A stretch of DNA of 63,273 bases, counting the filler, from Olpidium bornovanus S191 (Eukaryota; Fungi; Olpidiomycota), in NCBI GenBank assembly GCA_017911155.1. It is 29 parts of 29 records of this genome, joined end to end, with 100 filler letters (N's around TTAATTAATTAA, not from the genome) between each part and the next. Parts side by side here need not be neighbours in the genome. Positions count along the whole stretch, not along the records: positions 35,025 to 38,310 come from JAEFCI010003860.1; positions 38,411 to 40,592 come from JAEFCI010011856.1; positions 40,693 to 41,808 come from JAEFCI010008246.1; positions 41,909 to 43,786 come from JAEFCI010002992.1; positions 43,887 to 45,206 come from JAEFCI010001323.1; positions 45,307 to 47,258 come from JAEFCI010012010.1; positions 47,359 to 48,932 come from JAEFCI010002127.1; 22 more parts are not named here. One strand, 5' to 3'. Below, piece by piece: positions 35,448-47,360 of this stretch. The stretch's first letter is position 1. The number at the start of each line of letters is the position of its first letter. The position numbers and the translations under genes were made by a program. A model generated the notes under the pieces. It ran no database searches. It worked only from the letters and a program-made list of their open reading frames with translations, and had not been told where the DNA came from.

Positions 35448-37856
35448 ATGATGCCCGAGCGTGTTCTGGCAGGCGTTGGTCACTCCAACCTGTCACCCGT
35501 CCCCGGCGAACACCTGGATCACGACGATGCCAAGCGCCAGCCGCTGCCGGGGAAGAGCGTTGACGTCGTTGTGATTGGTATGACGCGGCTGCACGGATAT
35601 TCGGCGGTTGGTTTCCCGAACGCTTGGGTGGTTTTTTGTTTTTATCGTTTGCGTCTTTTTGGGAACCTAAAACCTTGGAATCCTTTCCTTTCCCCCGTGC
35701 GAATTGTTGTTGTTCAAGGCAACGGTCCGTCTGCGATCGTCGTTTCCTTCCTTCTTCACGGTTTCAAGCCGTACTACGCCCCCACGTACCCCTTCTATAA
35801 TGACCCTACGAAGGTCGTGTCACTCGTCGCCGTACCGCCGAGGCCGCCGGCCCACCCGGATCCCCTGATTCACCGGACTTTGGCCGCGAACCCTTCCTGC
35901 TCCCTGCTGGACCAGGATCTGCGCGATCTCGCTCTTCAGGTGTTTCACACGAAGGAGTCGAGGGCCAGCACCCCTCTCGCTGCCTTGCTGGACACTTTGG
36001 AGAGACCAGACGCCGACGTCAACCCCGGGGGACAGCCGTCGAGGCTCATCTGGGTCAGAGACGTTTCTCCGACCGCGACTCCCATCCCGGCGCCGGAGCC
36101 CCTGCTTTCGCACGCGGTGCTTGGAAAGGGCCCCGTCGGCGGAATATTGTCCGGCGCGGCCGACCACGAATCCGGCGTCGAATTGGACTTCTCGCTGGGC
36201 GAGCGCCGCGATCTCGACATCGACAAGTTGGATTCGCAGCTGGAGGGCGTGCGGACGCTGAGCTACGCCAGCGACGTGGAACTTCCCGGGTTTCCTTTTG
36301 CGCACTGGCTGTGCGACCGGCGGAAGCGCCGGAGGCGCATATCCTCGTCTCTGTTAGACGAAGACCTGTCGGCCCTCCGAGCATGGTCGGCGATCACCCG
36401 CCCGCTCCGGCGCGATGTGGGCCGATATTATCGCGATTACGCCGTGGTGACGGGCATCGGAAACGCCTTCCACATGGGCACCGACGTTCATGCGTTGCAA
36501 CTGATGGAAGAGGCCCTGCGGATCGGCGAGTGCGCCTGTTCCAACGGAACACTGCGGCCCCGGAAATGCCCGCAATGTCAAGAGTATCGCTACCTCGTGC
36601 GGGGCACGGCCGAGGTCGGGACTGCCGGATCCTCGCTCGCAGAGTTCGCGATCCGCACGAACGCCGTGGTCCTGGCCACGGGGTCTTTTGACAGCCCGAA
36701 ATCCCTCGGCGTGCCCGGAGAGTGCGTGCACTCTCGCATCGTGCATTCGATCGCCGACGCAGTTCACCTGGGCTTTCCGGACCGGATGACGAGCGAGAAC
36801 GCCGTCTTGCCCGTTTTGATTGTCGGCAGCGGCCTTTCCGCCGCAGACGCTCTGCTCCGCTTTCGGGACTCCGGAATGCCGCTCCTACACGCGTTTCGTT
36901 CGGAAAAATACTACGCGCGCAAGAGAGAGGCCGGCGCAGTTGTCGGCAGTGTCGGTCACAAGGCCTCTCCGCTCTCGCGATGTCCAAAAGGCGTGTACCC
37001 TGACTATGCCAGGATATGGAGCCTGATGCGAACCTCGGACTCGGGAATATTGGAAAACTCTGCGTCATTGGAGCGGGAGACCGCGTTGAACGCGACCAAC
37101 CACGGAATGCGGTACGCCGGCCTTCCCGACTTCGACGTGATAGCTTTCGATGACCACGTCACATCCGAAGGCGCCGACAAACAGTCCGTGGATGTGCTGC
37201 TTTCCCGCCACGGGGACGCGCGGCAGTTTCGCGTGCGCGTCAGCGCGGCCGTCGTGCTCATTGGCCGGAAATCCAACCTTAACTTTCTGCGGGGGAGTCT
37301 CCGCTCCCGTTTCCTCCGCGCGAGGAGTGCGGGTCCGACCGGCCGCGAAGGCCTCGAGGTCGGCATCGGGAAATTCGCGCGGTGCGACCCTTACACGTTT
37401 CGGCTGGCGCTCGCTCCGCCGGCGGCCGACTTCCCGGCCGGCCAGTCGCGGCCGAGAAGCGAACGGCAGGAACTCCTGTACGCGGTGGGCGCGCTGCCGG
37501 GCGAGGTGTTCATCCGCTTCGGCGCGCTCGGCGGGCCCGTCGGCGCCGTGTCGGACCTGCTGCGCGCGCTTTCCCGCCGGCGGCGCCGGGGCGAGGACGG
37601 GTGCGCAGACCTGCCGGCGGCCGCCTGCGCCTCCGAAGCGGGCGCGGACGGGAGCCCCGCCACGGACGCGTGGAGGCTGATCCGGCGCTCGTCGATCCCC
37701 TGGCGGACGGACACCTGCCTTGTCGCGGGGAGATGCTGTTTGCTTCCTCCGCCCGCGTTATCGTCGGCCGCGCACCTTACCCCGCGCGCGGGGTCGCCGT
37801 GTTTCCTGCTCCAGTCGGACATCGCACGCAGGACCGGTTACTTTTTCTCGCGGTGA
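35448..37856 (+). CDS. OSGIN-like (oxidative stress-induced growth inhibitor) flavin-dependent oxidoreductase
   Basis: DVVVIG|NGPSAIVVSFLLHGFKPYY after removing intron 35578-35718; HPDPLIHRTL, LLDQDL, PLAALLDTLERPDAD; VVLATGSFDSP, LIVGSGLSAADA, VVLIGRKSNLNFL, LYAVGALPGEVFIRF. The order matches recalled OSGIN1/2 motifs. Confidence 0.85.
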   Translation: MMPERVLAGVGHSNLSPVPGEHLDHDDAKRQPLPGKSVDVVVIGMTRLHGYSAVGFPNAWVVFCFYRLRLFGNLKPWNPFLSPVRIVVVQGNGPSAIVVSFLLHGFKPYYAPTYPFYNDPTKVVSLVAVPPRPPAHPDPLIHRTLAANPSCSLLDQDLRDLALQVFHTKESRASTPLAALLDTLERPDADVNPGGQPSRLIWVRDVSPTATPIPAPEPLLSHAVLGKGPVGGILSGAADHESGVELDFSLGERRDLDIDKLDSQLEGVRTLSYASDVELPGFPFAHWLCDRRKRRRRISSSLLDEDLSALRAWSAITRPLRRDVGRYYRDYAVVTGIGNAFHMGTDVHALQLMEEALRIGECACSNGTLRPRKCPQCQEYRYLVRGTAEVGTAGSSLAEFAIRTNAVVLATGSFDSPKSLGVPGECVHSRIVHSIADAVHLGFPDRMTSENAVLPVLIVGSGLSAADALLRFRDSGMPLLHAFRSEKYYARKREAGAVVGSVGHKASPLSRCPKGVYPDYARIWSLMRTSDSGILENSASLERETALNATNHGMRYAGLPDFDVIAFDDHVTSEGADKQSVDVLLSRHGDARQFRVRVSAAVVLIGRKSNLNFLRGSLRSRFLRARSAGPTGREGLEVGIGKFARCDPYTFRLALAPPAADFPAGQSRPRSERQELLYAVGALPGEVFIRFGALGGPVGAVSDLLRALSRRRRRGEDGCADLPAAACASEAGADGSPATDAWRLIRRSSIPWRTDTCLVAGRCCLLPPPALSSAAHLTPRAGSPCFLLQSDIARRTGYFFSR

Positions 37857-38509
37857 AGATCTTCTCTTTTTTTTTTTTTTTTTTTTTTTACCCCTCCGTG
37901 TGCCCCCCCGGGGGGGAGGGGAGAGGGGGTTATTTCGCTAAATACCCGTAGCTGCTCTTTTTTTTAAAACACACCCGCCGGCGTTCCGTATACCCTTCCG
38001 GCGACGTTCGTGATTCCTTCCGTTCCTCGCTCCCCCGCCGCTTCTCGCACGTTTGGCCGACGTCGAAGATTCTGGATGGTTGACGTCGGCGCAGCCGGCT
38101 GTTTTTTTTTTTTTTTTTTTGCCCTCTTTGCAGATTCAAATGCGCACTTACCGGCAAAAGAAAATCTAAACAGTTTCCATTTCCACGTTTTTTTAATTCA
38201 GGCAACGCCCACAGTGCCCAAGTACTTTGTTGTTTTTTTTTTTCCTTCTCCGCTTTGTACCAAAGCGCGAAGAGCTAAAAAACGTTTCTGTTGGATTTTG
38301 GTCGGGGCCANNNNNNNNNNNNNNNNNNNNNNNNNNNNNNNNNNNNNNNNNNNNTTAATTAATTAANNNNNNNNNNNNNNNNNNNNNNNNNNNNNNNNNN
38401 NNNNNNNNNNGCATGATTTTTCCTAAACCTGGGCTCCTTGGAAGACCACGGGAACCCTGACCCGGTTACTTGCTTGCTCGGTTCGACGTTCGCGCCGGGG
38501 CGCTTGCAG

Positions 38510-39053
38510 ATGCAACAACTCGAACTTCGCCAGGCGAGATACCTGTTATCGCTGTCAAGCACCCAAGCCCTCGGGAGCAGGCGGTGGTTACGGCTCCGGG
38601 GGGGGCTACGGCTCCGCGGGCGGTTACGGCTCCGCGGGCGGTTACGGCTCCGCGGGCGGTTACGGCTCCGCGGGCGGGTACGGCTCCGCGGGCGGGTACG
38701 ACTCCACAGGCGGGTACGGCGGCGGCGGCTACAGCGGGGATGGCCGCACCTCCGGCGGATACGGCGGCGGAGCCGGATCGTACGTCTGCAGCGACGCAGA
38801 CGATGGAGGAGGCCCAGGCGTGTACGGCGGCGGGAGAGGGTACCCGCCAAGCAGTAGCGCCGGCGCCGGCGCATATTCCGGCGGCCGCGGCGGATACGGA
38901 GGCGGGGGGGGTGCTTATGGAGGCGGTGGTGGAAGCGTTGGTGGGTACGGCTCCGGCAGCGGAGGAGACGACGGCGGGTACGGCGGGCGGAACCGCGAGC
39001 GGTCGCCCGGTTACGGCTCTGGGACACAGGGAAGAGGTGAGAGGGGTGAGTGA
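38510..39053 (+). CDS. RanBP2-type zinc finger + Gly/Tyr/Ser-rich low-complexity RNA-binding protein (FET/TAF15-like), partial
   Basis: After a CAG acceptor at 38507-38509 the frame reads CNNSNFARRDTCYRCQAPKP, followed by GGYGSA repeats and RGG/YGG segments. Confidence 0.75.
38584..38720 (+). repeat. Coding 18-bp tandem repeat (GGYGSA), about 7 copies
   Basis: The unit GGCGGTTACGGCTCCGCG is repeated with few substitutions. Confidence 0.92.
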
Positions 39054-40165
39054 CACTCGCAAAATGATTTATGGCAAACTGGCATTTGCAAACCTCGGCG
39101 GAGCGTCCACGGGGAATCGGACGTTTTGTTCATTTGCGCCACCTTGTTTCTCCTGCAGGAGGGCGGTACTGAGGGATTAGAACTCCGTCTCGCAGAGAAC
39201 TGGTGCAGAAGTTCGTGATCCGGGGTCGGCGGCGTCAAGTTGTGGCAGACTTAAAGGTCCTATTTGGGTATTCTTCGCGCAAGTTGGAGTTCTTCCCCTT
39301 CTCCCCCTCCTCCTTCCCCCCCCCCCCCCCCCCCTTCCCCCCCCCCCCCGCATAATCCTGCCGGGATAAGGCTACGCGTATGTGTTTCCTTCGAGGCGAG
39401 GCGGTCCTTTTGCCAAGCACACGGGAGTTTACCGACTAGGGCGTGTGTAGAATCTTTTTTTTTTTCACAGCCATTTTTGTGCGACGTGGTTGTTGGGCGA
39501 CACGTCGTGTGCAGACGGCGAATGGAAAGGAGCGGCGGTTACTTGTTGTTTCTGTGCGGCTGCCACGCCACGCCTGGGCCAGCGCCCCCTCCCCCCCCCC
39601 CCTTTCTTTCTGAAACACTGCGCAGGCTGCGCACGGAAACACGCAAGGGAAACGGAAACTTGTGCCTCCGTCAAAATCGTCGTCTTCGACGAATTGCGGG
39701 TTGACCGTTCGCGGCAGCCCCGACGGCGGCGGAGGCGGGGAGGCGGAGGGGGAAAGGGGGGGAGTCGGCAGCGTTACTGGGAACTGCCGATATAAGCGAA
39801 CGTGTGCAATGGTAGCAAAATATATTGGCTAGACATCGGTGAGCTTCGCTCCCTCAGAGATTGCGCCAAGGCTACCCCTCATACTTTAGTTGGAACTCCT
39901 CAAAACTTTTCGTGGGGGCGCCAACAGCAATGGTCAGCAGTGTCCATGGTCAGCAGCGTCCATGGTCAGCGTGTTTTCCACTAACATAGAGGCCGAGTTT
40001 TGAAATGTGATGGCTCCTCACAGAGTGACCAAACCAAAACGCATCTTAGCTCGTTTTAAAAACCTTTTCAAGGGCTTCAAAAGGACCCCAAGACCACTCT
40101 GGTCCGGTCAGCCCTCGCCATCGAACAGTTTCATGTCAGGAGTCGCGCGCGTTTTCTCTCTTCTT

Positions 40166-40195
40166 TCTCTCTCTCGCTCTCTCGCTCTCTCGCTC

Positions 40196-40258
<63 letters not shown>
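40166..40258. repeat. (CT)n microsatellite
   Basis: A direct run of CT dinucleotides with a few interruptions at the 5' side. Confidence 0.95.
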
Positions 40259-40264
<6 letters not shown>

Positions 40265-40692
40265 GGAAAAGAGTTGGGTGTGACTGAGGGGGGCTTGTGT
40301 AAAAGGGGGGAGGGGGCCCGGGTAAAGTGGTGGGACAAGGGGGACAAGGGGGACAGGGGAGGGATAGTTGTTGGAAATAAAGGGGCGCCAGGGGCGGAGA
40401 CGCACTGCGCGCACCCGTTGCCCCTTTGTAGAGTTCCTGGTTCCCGTCATATAGAAAAGGAAACTAGTAAACAAAAGCCACGAATACAGTTCTCCTTCCT
40501 TCCCGCCGTTCTCACGGACCGGCGGCGCATCTTCGCGCGGCGCATCTTCTTCGCCTTCTCTTCCGGCTCGGCTTTAACAGGTTATGAGCCCANNNNNNNN
40601 NNNNNNNNNNNNNNNNNNNNNNNNNNNNNNNNNNNNTTAATTAATTAANNNNNNNNNNNNNNNNNNNNNNNNNNNNNNNNNNNNNNNNNNNN

Positions 40693-41610
40693 GGCATGGC
40701 TAAGCTCCTGCCGCACCTGAGAATATTTCTCCTTGAGGGAATATGTCTCGAGCATGATGCTGTCCCACTCATTCTGGAACGCGGTCATCATCGCGGGGAT
40801 TGAGGTCATGCCGGGCGGACGCGGCTTGACTGACTTCGGGACTATGCAAGGCGTCCAAAGTAGAGGGCAATTTATTGACGTCAAGGTCGCTGAAAAACCC
40901 GTCCACTTCCAACGGAAACACCCGCAGCAAGAGACGTCAAGGCCGGACTTCGGGTGAGACGGGCGCCTCACCGACGTTGACTTCCAGCAAGTCATCCACG
41001 GAAAGCTCCTCGTTTGTCCCCGGCTCCTTCGCGTTTTCGCTGATGTACTTGGTGATGACGCGCTTCTCGTACACGTTGCCGGTCTTCTTGCTGACCACGG
41101 GGTTCTCGGGTGGTTCGCCTGAAACTGTGGCACACGGTTTTCCGGGCGCGTCGGTTGGGCGTGAAAAGTTGGACACAGCCTGAGTTAATGTTGCGACGCG
41201 TGCCGGGGCGAACAGGTGAAGGCACTACCTCTCCCCCCCCCCTACCCCGCCCTCCCCGCAGCGTGGCTGCGCGCGGAAAGGGCCGAGACCGGCGCGGTCG
41301 CGCACATGCCGCTCATGTTACGGCCGAAAATTCAACGGCTGAACGGACGTGCGGAACGGACGGCGGATCGCGGACCGTCGGAAGGTCAACCCCCCCCCCC
41401 GGTGGCCACGTTTAGCGACGTCAGTCGGCTTTGCACGTCCGCCTAGTTCGGCAAAAGGCGACCGGCGGTAGGCAGCCGCGCCGCAGGGAGGTGCACACTG
41501 CGGCCAGCGCTCGCGTGCGCGCATCGCGAGAGCCCCGGGTAGCCGCTGGACCCTGTGAGTGTCGGCAAGAGAGGGACGAGGGGGAAGGGATACGCACGCG
41601 AGCAAAACAT
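40693..41610 (-). CDS. PRP19: Pre-mRNA splicing factor Prp19 (U-box + coiled coil), 3' truncated
   Basis: Exons 41610-41598, 41124-40972 and 40841-40693 give [32 protein letters not shown]...VKPRPPGMTSIPAMMTAFQNEWDSIMLETYSL. Confidence 0.95.
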
Positions 41611-41726
41611 GGTTTGTGTTCGGGACAGTCCCGCGTCGGCGTCCTCGGCGGTGCTGGTCAGGCCCGGTGGGCGGTGTTTGTTGGCGAAGGAGAGGGGGCG
41701 GGCGGGCGGGCTGGGGCGGCCGGAGG

Positions 41727-41796
<70 letters not shown>

Positions 41797-44700
41797 CCCC
41801 CCCCCCCCNNNNNNNNNNNNNNNNNNNNNNNNNNNNNNNNNNNNNNNNNNNNTTAATTAATTAANNNNNNNNNNNNNNNNNNNNNNNNNNNNNNNNNNNN
41901 NNNNNNNNCACAGAGAACCTTGTTACATTCATTTTTGATTTTGTTTTTTTTCTGTTTTTTTTGTTTGTTCTTTGTTTGTTTGTTTATTTGTTTTTTTTTA
42001 CGTTTTTGTCTTTTTTTTGTTTTTCATGTTTGTTTTTTTACTTTTTGTTTTTATTTATCTTTTTATTTTTGTTCTTTTACTTTTATCTGGTTTTTCATAT
42101 GTTTGTTTTTTATTTTTTTAATGTCTTTTGATTTTCTTTTGTTATGTTGTTTTTTATTTGGTTTTCGAAGTTTTGGGTTTTTCCGGTTTTTTCTTTTTTG
42201 TTTGATTTTTGTTTGTGTTCGTTTTTTTATTTTTGATTTCTTTTTGTTTTTGTTTTTAATGTCTTTTGATTTTCTTTTGTTATGTTGTTTTTTATTTGGT
42301 TTTCGAAGTTTTGGGTTTTTCCGGTTTTTTCTTTTTTGTTTGATTTTTGTTTGTGTTCGTTTTTTTTATTTTTGATTTCTTTTTGTTTTTGTTTTGTTTT
42401 TTGGATCTGTTTAGTTCTTTTGGTTTTTGTTTTTTTGTTCCTTTTTTATTTTGCTTTTTCTGGTTTGTTTTTTTTTTTTTTTTTTCTGTCGGTTTTTTTG
42501 GGTTTCGTTGGTTGTTTGGTTTTGCCGTTTTGGTTTTTTGTTGTTTTCTGTTTTATTGTACGATAATCTAAATGTAGTAGTACTATATATGATAGAGTAT
42601 AATTGATAACAATTTATTTGTAACGAGACCTGTGCTCTATCTGGTCGGGTTCTTGTTTTTTGTCTTTTTTTGTCTTTTTCTTGGGCGTTTCCCTCGGCCA
42701 GCTGTTGCCAGCCCCGGAAATTTACACGCCAGGCCCGCACGCCCAAACCCTCCTTTCAGGTCGCGCGGCGGATAAAAAAAAACCAACCAGGAAAGCCGCG
42801 GCAGGGCGCCGCCTCCCAAAGACTGCGAGGCCTCCACGGAGCAAAGAAGTTGCGTGAGAGGCCGAGGAAACTCCGGGCAATCCCGTCGCGCGGCTGTGCA
42901 GGGCAAACGCGATGTCCAAGATTCCCCGCCGGGCGACCGTTTCCGATACCGGGTGTTTGGTATGGCGTCACTGAATGCCAGGATTGCCGAGGTCCCGCGA
43001 ACGACCTTACAGATATTCCGTGCTTGACGAGATTCCGCATGCTCCTTTCACGAGGATGCGGGCAACCCGCGACGGACATACTGCCGACGGGATCCCTGCG
43101 GACGCCGGAGCTCCACGGCTTCTCAATGTCCCGGGATGTTCCACGGCCGTGCAGGGGGAACATGATGCTCAAGATCATTTCCGCCGATGGCCGCCGTTGG
43201 CCGGCCGCTTCCAACGCTAATCCCTGGCATAGGGGTTGTAAAATGACACCATGCGCCGAGTCAACGTAAGTTGGACGCGGCCCGTGATCTTGGCAAACGG
43301 GAAACGTCCCGGTGCGAATGGGGCAGATGGCGCCATTTCAACGGCGCCGTTTGAGACAAACGATTGACACTTGCCGGGTCGCGGAAGCGGCCGCCTACTG
43401 CCGTTGCCCGCGCGGCCGGGCATTTATGTCAAGTTGAAAACGCGACCGTTACTCGAGCGTTTATTGCACGTCGCCGTTTGTCGCGTTGGTCCCGCCAGCC
43501 GCCCCGTCGCACAAGTTCGTTCGGGCTCTCGTGCAGCGCAAAAGGCTTTTACGTTTCAGAGCGCAGCCGAACCATCGGCAGGCCTGACGACAAGCTTGCC
43601 GGGGAGGAGGAGAGGGTGGGGAAAGGGGGGGGGGGGGGGGGGGGGGGGGGGGAAGGGTTCACGTACATGCTTGTTAGATTAGGGTAATTTGATGACTGGA
43701 TATCGAGTAAAGGGCGTTTGCGAAACTTGTGGAAGAACCGGCGGGCTGTAGTAAATAGGTGAGGGTATAGTCGCCTACGGCGCCAGNNNNNNNNNNNNNN
43801 NNNNNNNNNNNNNNNNNNNNNNNNNNNNNNTTAATTAATTAANNNNNNNNNNNNNNNNNNNNNNNNNNNNNNNNNNNNNNNNNNNNAAGCTCAACGCATT
43901 ATCGCAGCGGCCCGGTGATGTGCAAGAACAACCGCGATCGGCGTGGTAGTTGTCAGGGGGGAAGGGCCAAAACCCCCCTGGAACAATAATTCTGCACTGC
44001 TCCCATGGAAACAACGGCCCAATGACCACGGGTAGCATCATTAATTCATCATGCACGCCGGAATAAATTTGTTTTTTTGCTTTTTTTTGTTTTTTTTGCT
44101 TTTTTTTTTTTCCAAGCACCCCGCGCCGGGAAAGGGAGAGCGCGCGCGGGGACTGTACTAGGGGCCGCCCGCCCGGCGCCGCCCGGGCCGCTTCCATCCC
44201 GCCCCGCCCCGCGAAGCCCGCAAGAGCAAAGGCGCGCCCGCGCTCTTTCTGTCTGTCCGCGTCTCTTCTTGCTCCTCTTCCGCCGCCGCCGGCCCCCGGG
44301 GCTCCTCAAAAATGGCCGCCGCGCCGCCTTCCGATTGCCGGATCGATGCCGCGGACCCGCCGCCGCCGGACACCCCGGACACGCCGGAGCGCGCCAGGCC
44401 CCGCGCTGCGCCGCGCCGGCCGAGGAGGCCTCCTCCCGTTCGTGAGGAACTGGCCTTCCTTCGTCCGGCACTGCCCTGGGAGGCCGCGCTCACTAACAAG
44501 AACACGTTGGCCGCGACGACCAGCCTGTGTACGTATTTTTTTCTTTTTGTCCGCTAGGGGCCTCAGCGTGTGAGACGGCCGCGGCGCAGCGACGGGGGCT
44601 TTTGCCTGTTTCGCGGGGCCTCCGCGGCAGAAACGGACTTGGCCCCCCGCGTCAGGCGGCGGCGCCAAGTTCCGGGCGAGAACGTGGGTGCCGACGCAGG

Positions 44701-45306
44701 TGGACGGCCCGCGGACGTTGCGCTCGCGCAAGTGCGGCGCGCGCCGAATCGTGGTGGGCGTGAGGCCGGGGCACCCTGGTGGCAGGCGCGGCCGGGATGC
44801 CGCCCGCATCGGACCAACACGCCGGCACGGTCGCTCCCTGGTGCTGGGCACTTTGCCCAGTTGACGCAGGCGCGTGCGAAAATCTTCTTCCCCCGAACCG
44901 TGGGGCGCAGTGATTGTTTGATCGCGAGGAGATGTAGATCCCAGAAGTCGGTTACCGTCCGTCGGCTGATTTCACGGCGGTTGGGTCACAAACGTTTGTT
45001 TCTCTCTGTATCCTTTTACAAAAAAAAATGAGAAGTCCTAGGAAGCGCATTTCTACCAAGACGCTTGGCTGCGGGGCTCCCTTCCCCGCAGGTACTGATT
45101 CTTTGGTCTTGCATATTCGGGCTTGGATGGTAAGCTTCTCATCGAATGTCTTGGCGTTCGCCAGATTTTTCCGCTCTGCAGACAAAATTTTTTTTTTACC
45201 GCATGANNNNNNNNNNNNNNNNNNNNNNNNNNNNNNNNNNNNNNNNNNNNTTAATTAATTAANNNNNNNNNNNNNNNNNNNNNNNNNNNNNNNNNNNNNN
45301 NNNNNN

Positions 45307-45511
45307 GCGTACTGGCGCGCCGTGCCGCACGCTCAATATGTTGTCGTTGAATCCCGTTTTCTTTCTCTTGAAGTAATTCCTCCCGGTCATAGTCCGTTTG
45401 GTCTCTGCCCTTGAAGCACTTCACATGTTTTCCTGCATAAGGAGTCTTTAACGGAGTCCCGTCGAGCTCCTCAAGCAGGTACGTGCCTGTTTCCTTTGTG
45501 TACTGCGGCAA
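45307..45511 (-). mobile_element. Ty3/gypsy integrase C-terminal fragment
   Basis: GTYLLEELDGTPLKTPYAGKHVKCF matches the recalled YxLxELDG...(A/G)xxLKxF tail of gypsy integrases. The upstream frame is not open. Confidence 0.55.
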
Positions 45512-45824
45512 GGTTAAGCATCTATTCCTCCCCTCGTCAGGTCTGAGGCGGTGCTACAGGTAAGGTGACCAGGGCTGGAAGTGCAGTTGGAAGGGGAAAG
45601 GTCAAAGTTTGAGTTCGAGTTAAGTTGGGTGGGGTCGAAGTCGAGCTACGGAGCGGAAGGAACGCTATTTATGCTCGACGTCAAGCGGAGGGCAGTTCGA
45701 CGGCAAAAGGTCGTCCCTTGACGTCGCGTCTGTCGACGCGGTGCGTCTGGTCCCTTCCTGCGCGGTTCCCACGCGGGGCTCCGAGCTCTTGCGTGCGGGG
45801 GGGTGCGGGGGGTGCAGGGGCAGT

Positions 45825-45868
<44 letters not shown>

Positions 45869-45872
45869 GCCG

Positions 45873-45909
<37 letters not shown>

Positions 45910-46398
45910 CGCGGAAAATAAAGCTTCCAGCCGCGGAGCTCCGCGAAAACGTTTTCTTTTTTTTTTCATTCCGTCTGCCGACTCGGCCGCCACTCGAGGT
46001 GCGCCGGACCTAGAAATGCCCCGGCCCCGGCTTTTTCCTTCGCGGGGGGGGAGCGGGTGGGGGATTTTTTTTTTTTTTCATTCGGCGTGCGCACAAGGGA
46101 CTCCCCGATAACCCCTGCCACGTTGCCCGCCAAAAACGTTGTTGAATCGACCTTCCGTTTCCGTGCCGGAAACGCCCCGCCCGCCCCGGAGTGTACGCGC
46201 GACGCCAAGCCCGCGCAGCGCCGGGGACATGTCACGGGGCGCGTTAGTCCCGAACGCTCGTCGGCGCGAACGAACGCGTCGGTCGGGGCACACCCCCCTT
46301 AGCGGGCGGGAAAAGCCCGAGCTTTTTCGCCGGCAAGCTCTCCCAGCAGAACGCGTCTGCGCATTATTTCTCGCGCGCGTGTCGAAGGATATGCCCGC

Positions 46399-46441
<43 letters not shown>

Positions 46442-46990
46442 CCACGAGCGCGAGGGACCAGACCAGTCGAAGAGACGCGAAGGCACACGGGGCGTCGGAG
46501 TGAACCCGTGGCACGCCGTCCGGCTGCTTCGTTTCGGCCGTCCTCCTCCTCCTCCTCCTCCAGCTGCTGCTGCTGGCTGCCGGCTGCTGCTCTGTGGAAG
46601 CACCCGCACGGCCGAGTGTTTTTTGGCGGAGGGGGGGTGGGGGAGTTCCCGCCCCGCCGCCCCGCGACAGCCCAACCAGAGCCAGCCAGAGCCAGAAACC
46701 AGCCAGCCCCCCCCCCGTCTCCTCCCCCTCCTCCGCGCCCGCCCACACCCGCCGCTCACACCCGCCACACCCCGCCCCCTCCGACGAAAACCAGGAGGCG
46801 CGCCGAAATATATAAGACGCAGCGCACGCGGCGAGAAGAAGAAGAAGAAGAAGAAGAAGAAAGAAAGAAAAAAAAAAAAAAAACACCCCGAGCTCTCGCC
46901 TTTCCGCAGCCGCTGCTTTCCCTCGCCCTTCAATCCACCATCACCGCGCGCGCACCTCTCCGGGGCAAACCCGAGCCGGAACTGCCCGCC

Positions 46991-47062
46991 ATGATTCGGA
47001 CGACCATGTGCGCCCGCGTGCACGACGGCCTGCCGCTCGCAGCGTCCATGGACGACGACAAC
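46991..47062 (+). CDS. SEC22: R-SNARE Sec22 longin domain, first exon only
   Basis: MIRTTMCARVHDGLPLAASMDDDN followed by a GTGAGG donor; matches the Sec22 N-terminus (ARxxDGLPLAAS). Confidence 0.85.
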
Positions 47063-47174
47063 GTGAGGAGATTTTTCTCGCCCTTCCGGGAAAACGCGGC
47101 GCCGGCCGCCAGTCGCACCCGGTGGGGGGGGGGGGGGGGGGGGGGAAAGGCGGGGGGGGGGGGGGGGGGGTTTT

Positions 47175-47212
<38 letters not shown>

Positions 47213-47360
47213 CCTCTTTCTCTTTCTCCCTGTTCGACCTGCGTACATTTTTTGCATANNNNNNNNNNNNNNNNNNNNNNNNNNNNNNNNNNNNNNNNNN
47301 NNTTAATTAATTAANNNNNNNNNNNNNNNNNNNNNNNNNNNNNNNNNNNNNNNNNNNNAC

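Noticed and set aside
41909-42560. T-rich region with a ~140-bp direct duplication and hydrophobic ORFs
   Set aside because: Low-complexity, likely noisy read tails assembled in tandem; not credible as genes or a true repeat.
45797-45910. Long poly-G tracts as functional G-quadruplex elements (also 35040-35115 and 41730-41808)
   Set aside because: Their lengths are unreliable because they coincide with contig ends or known sequencing failure modes.
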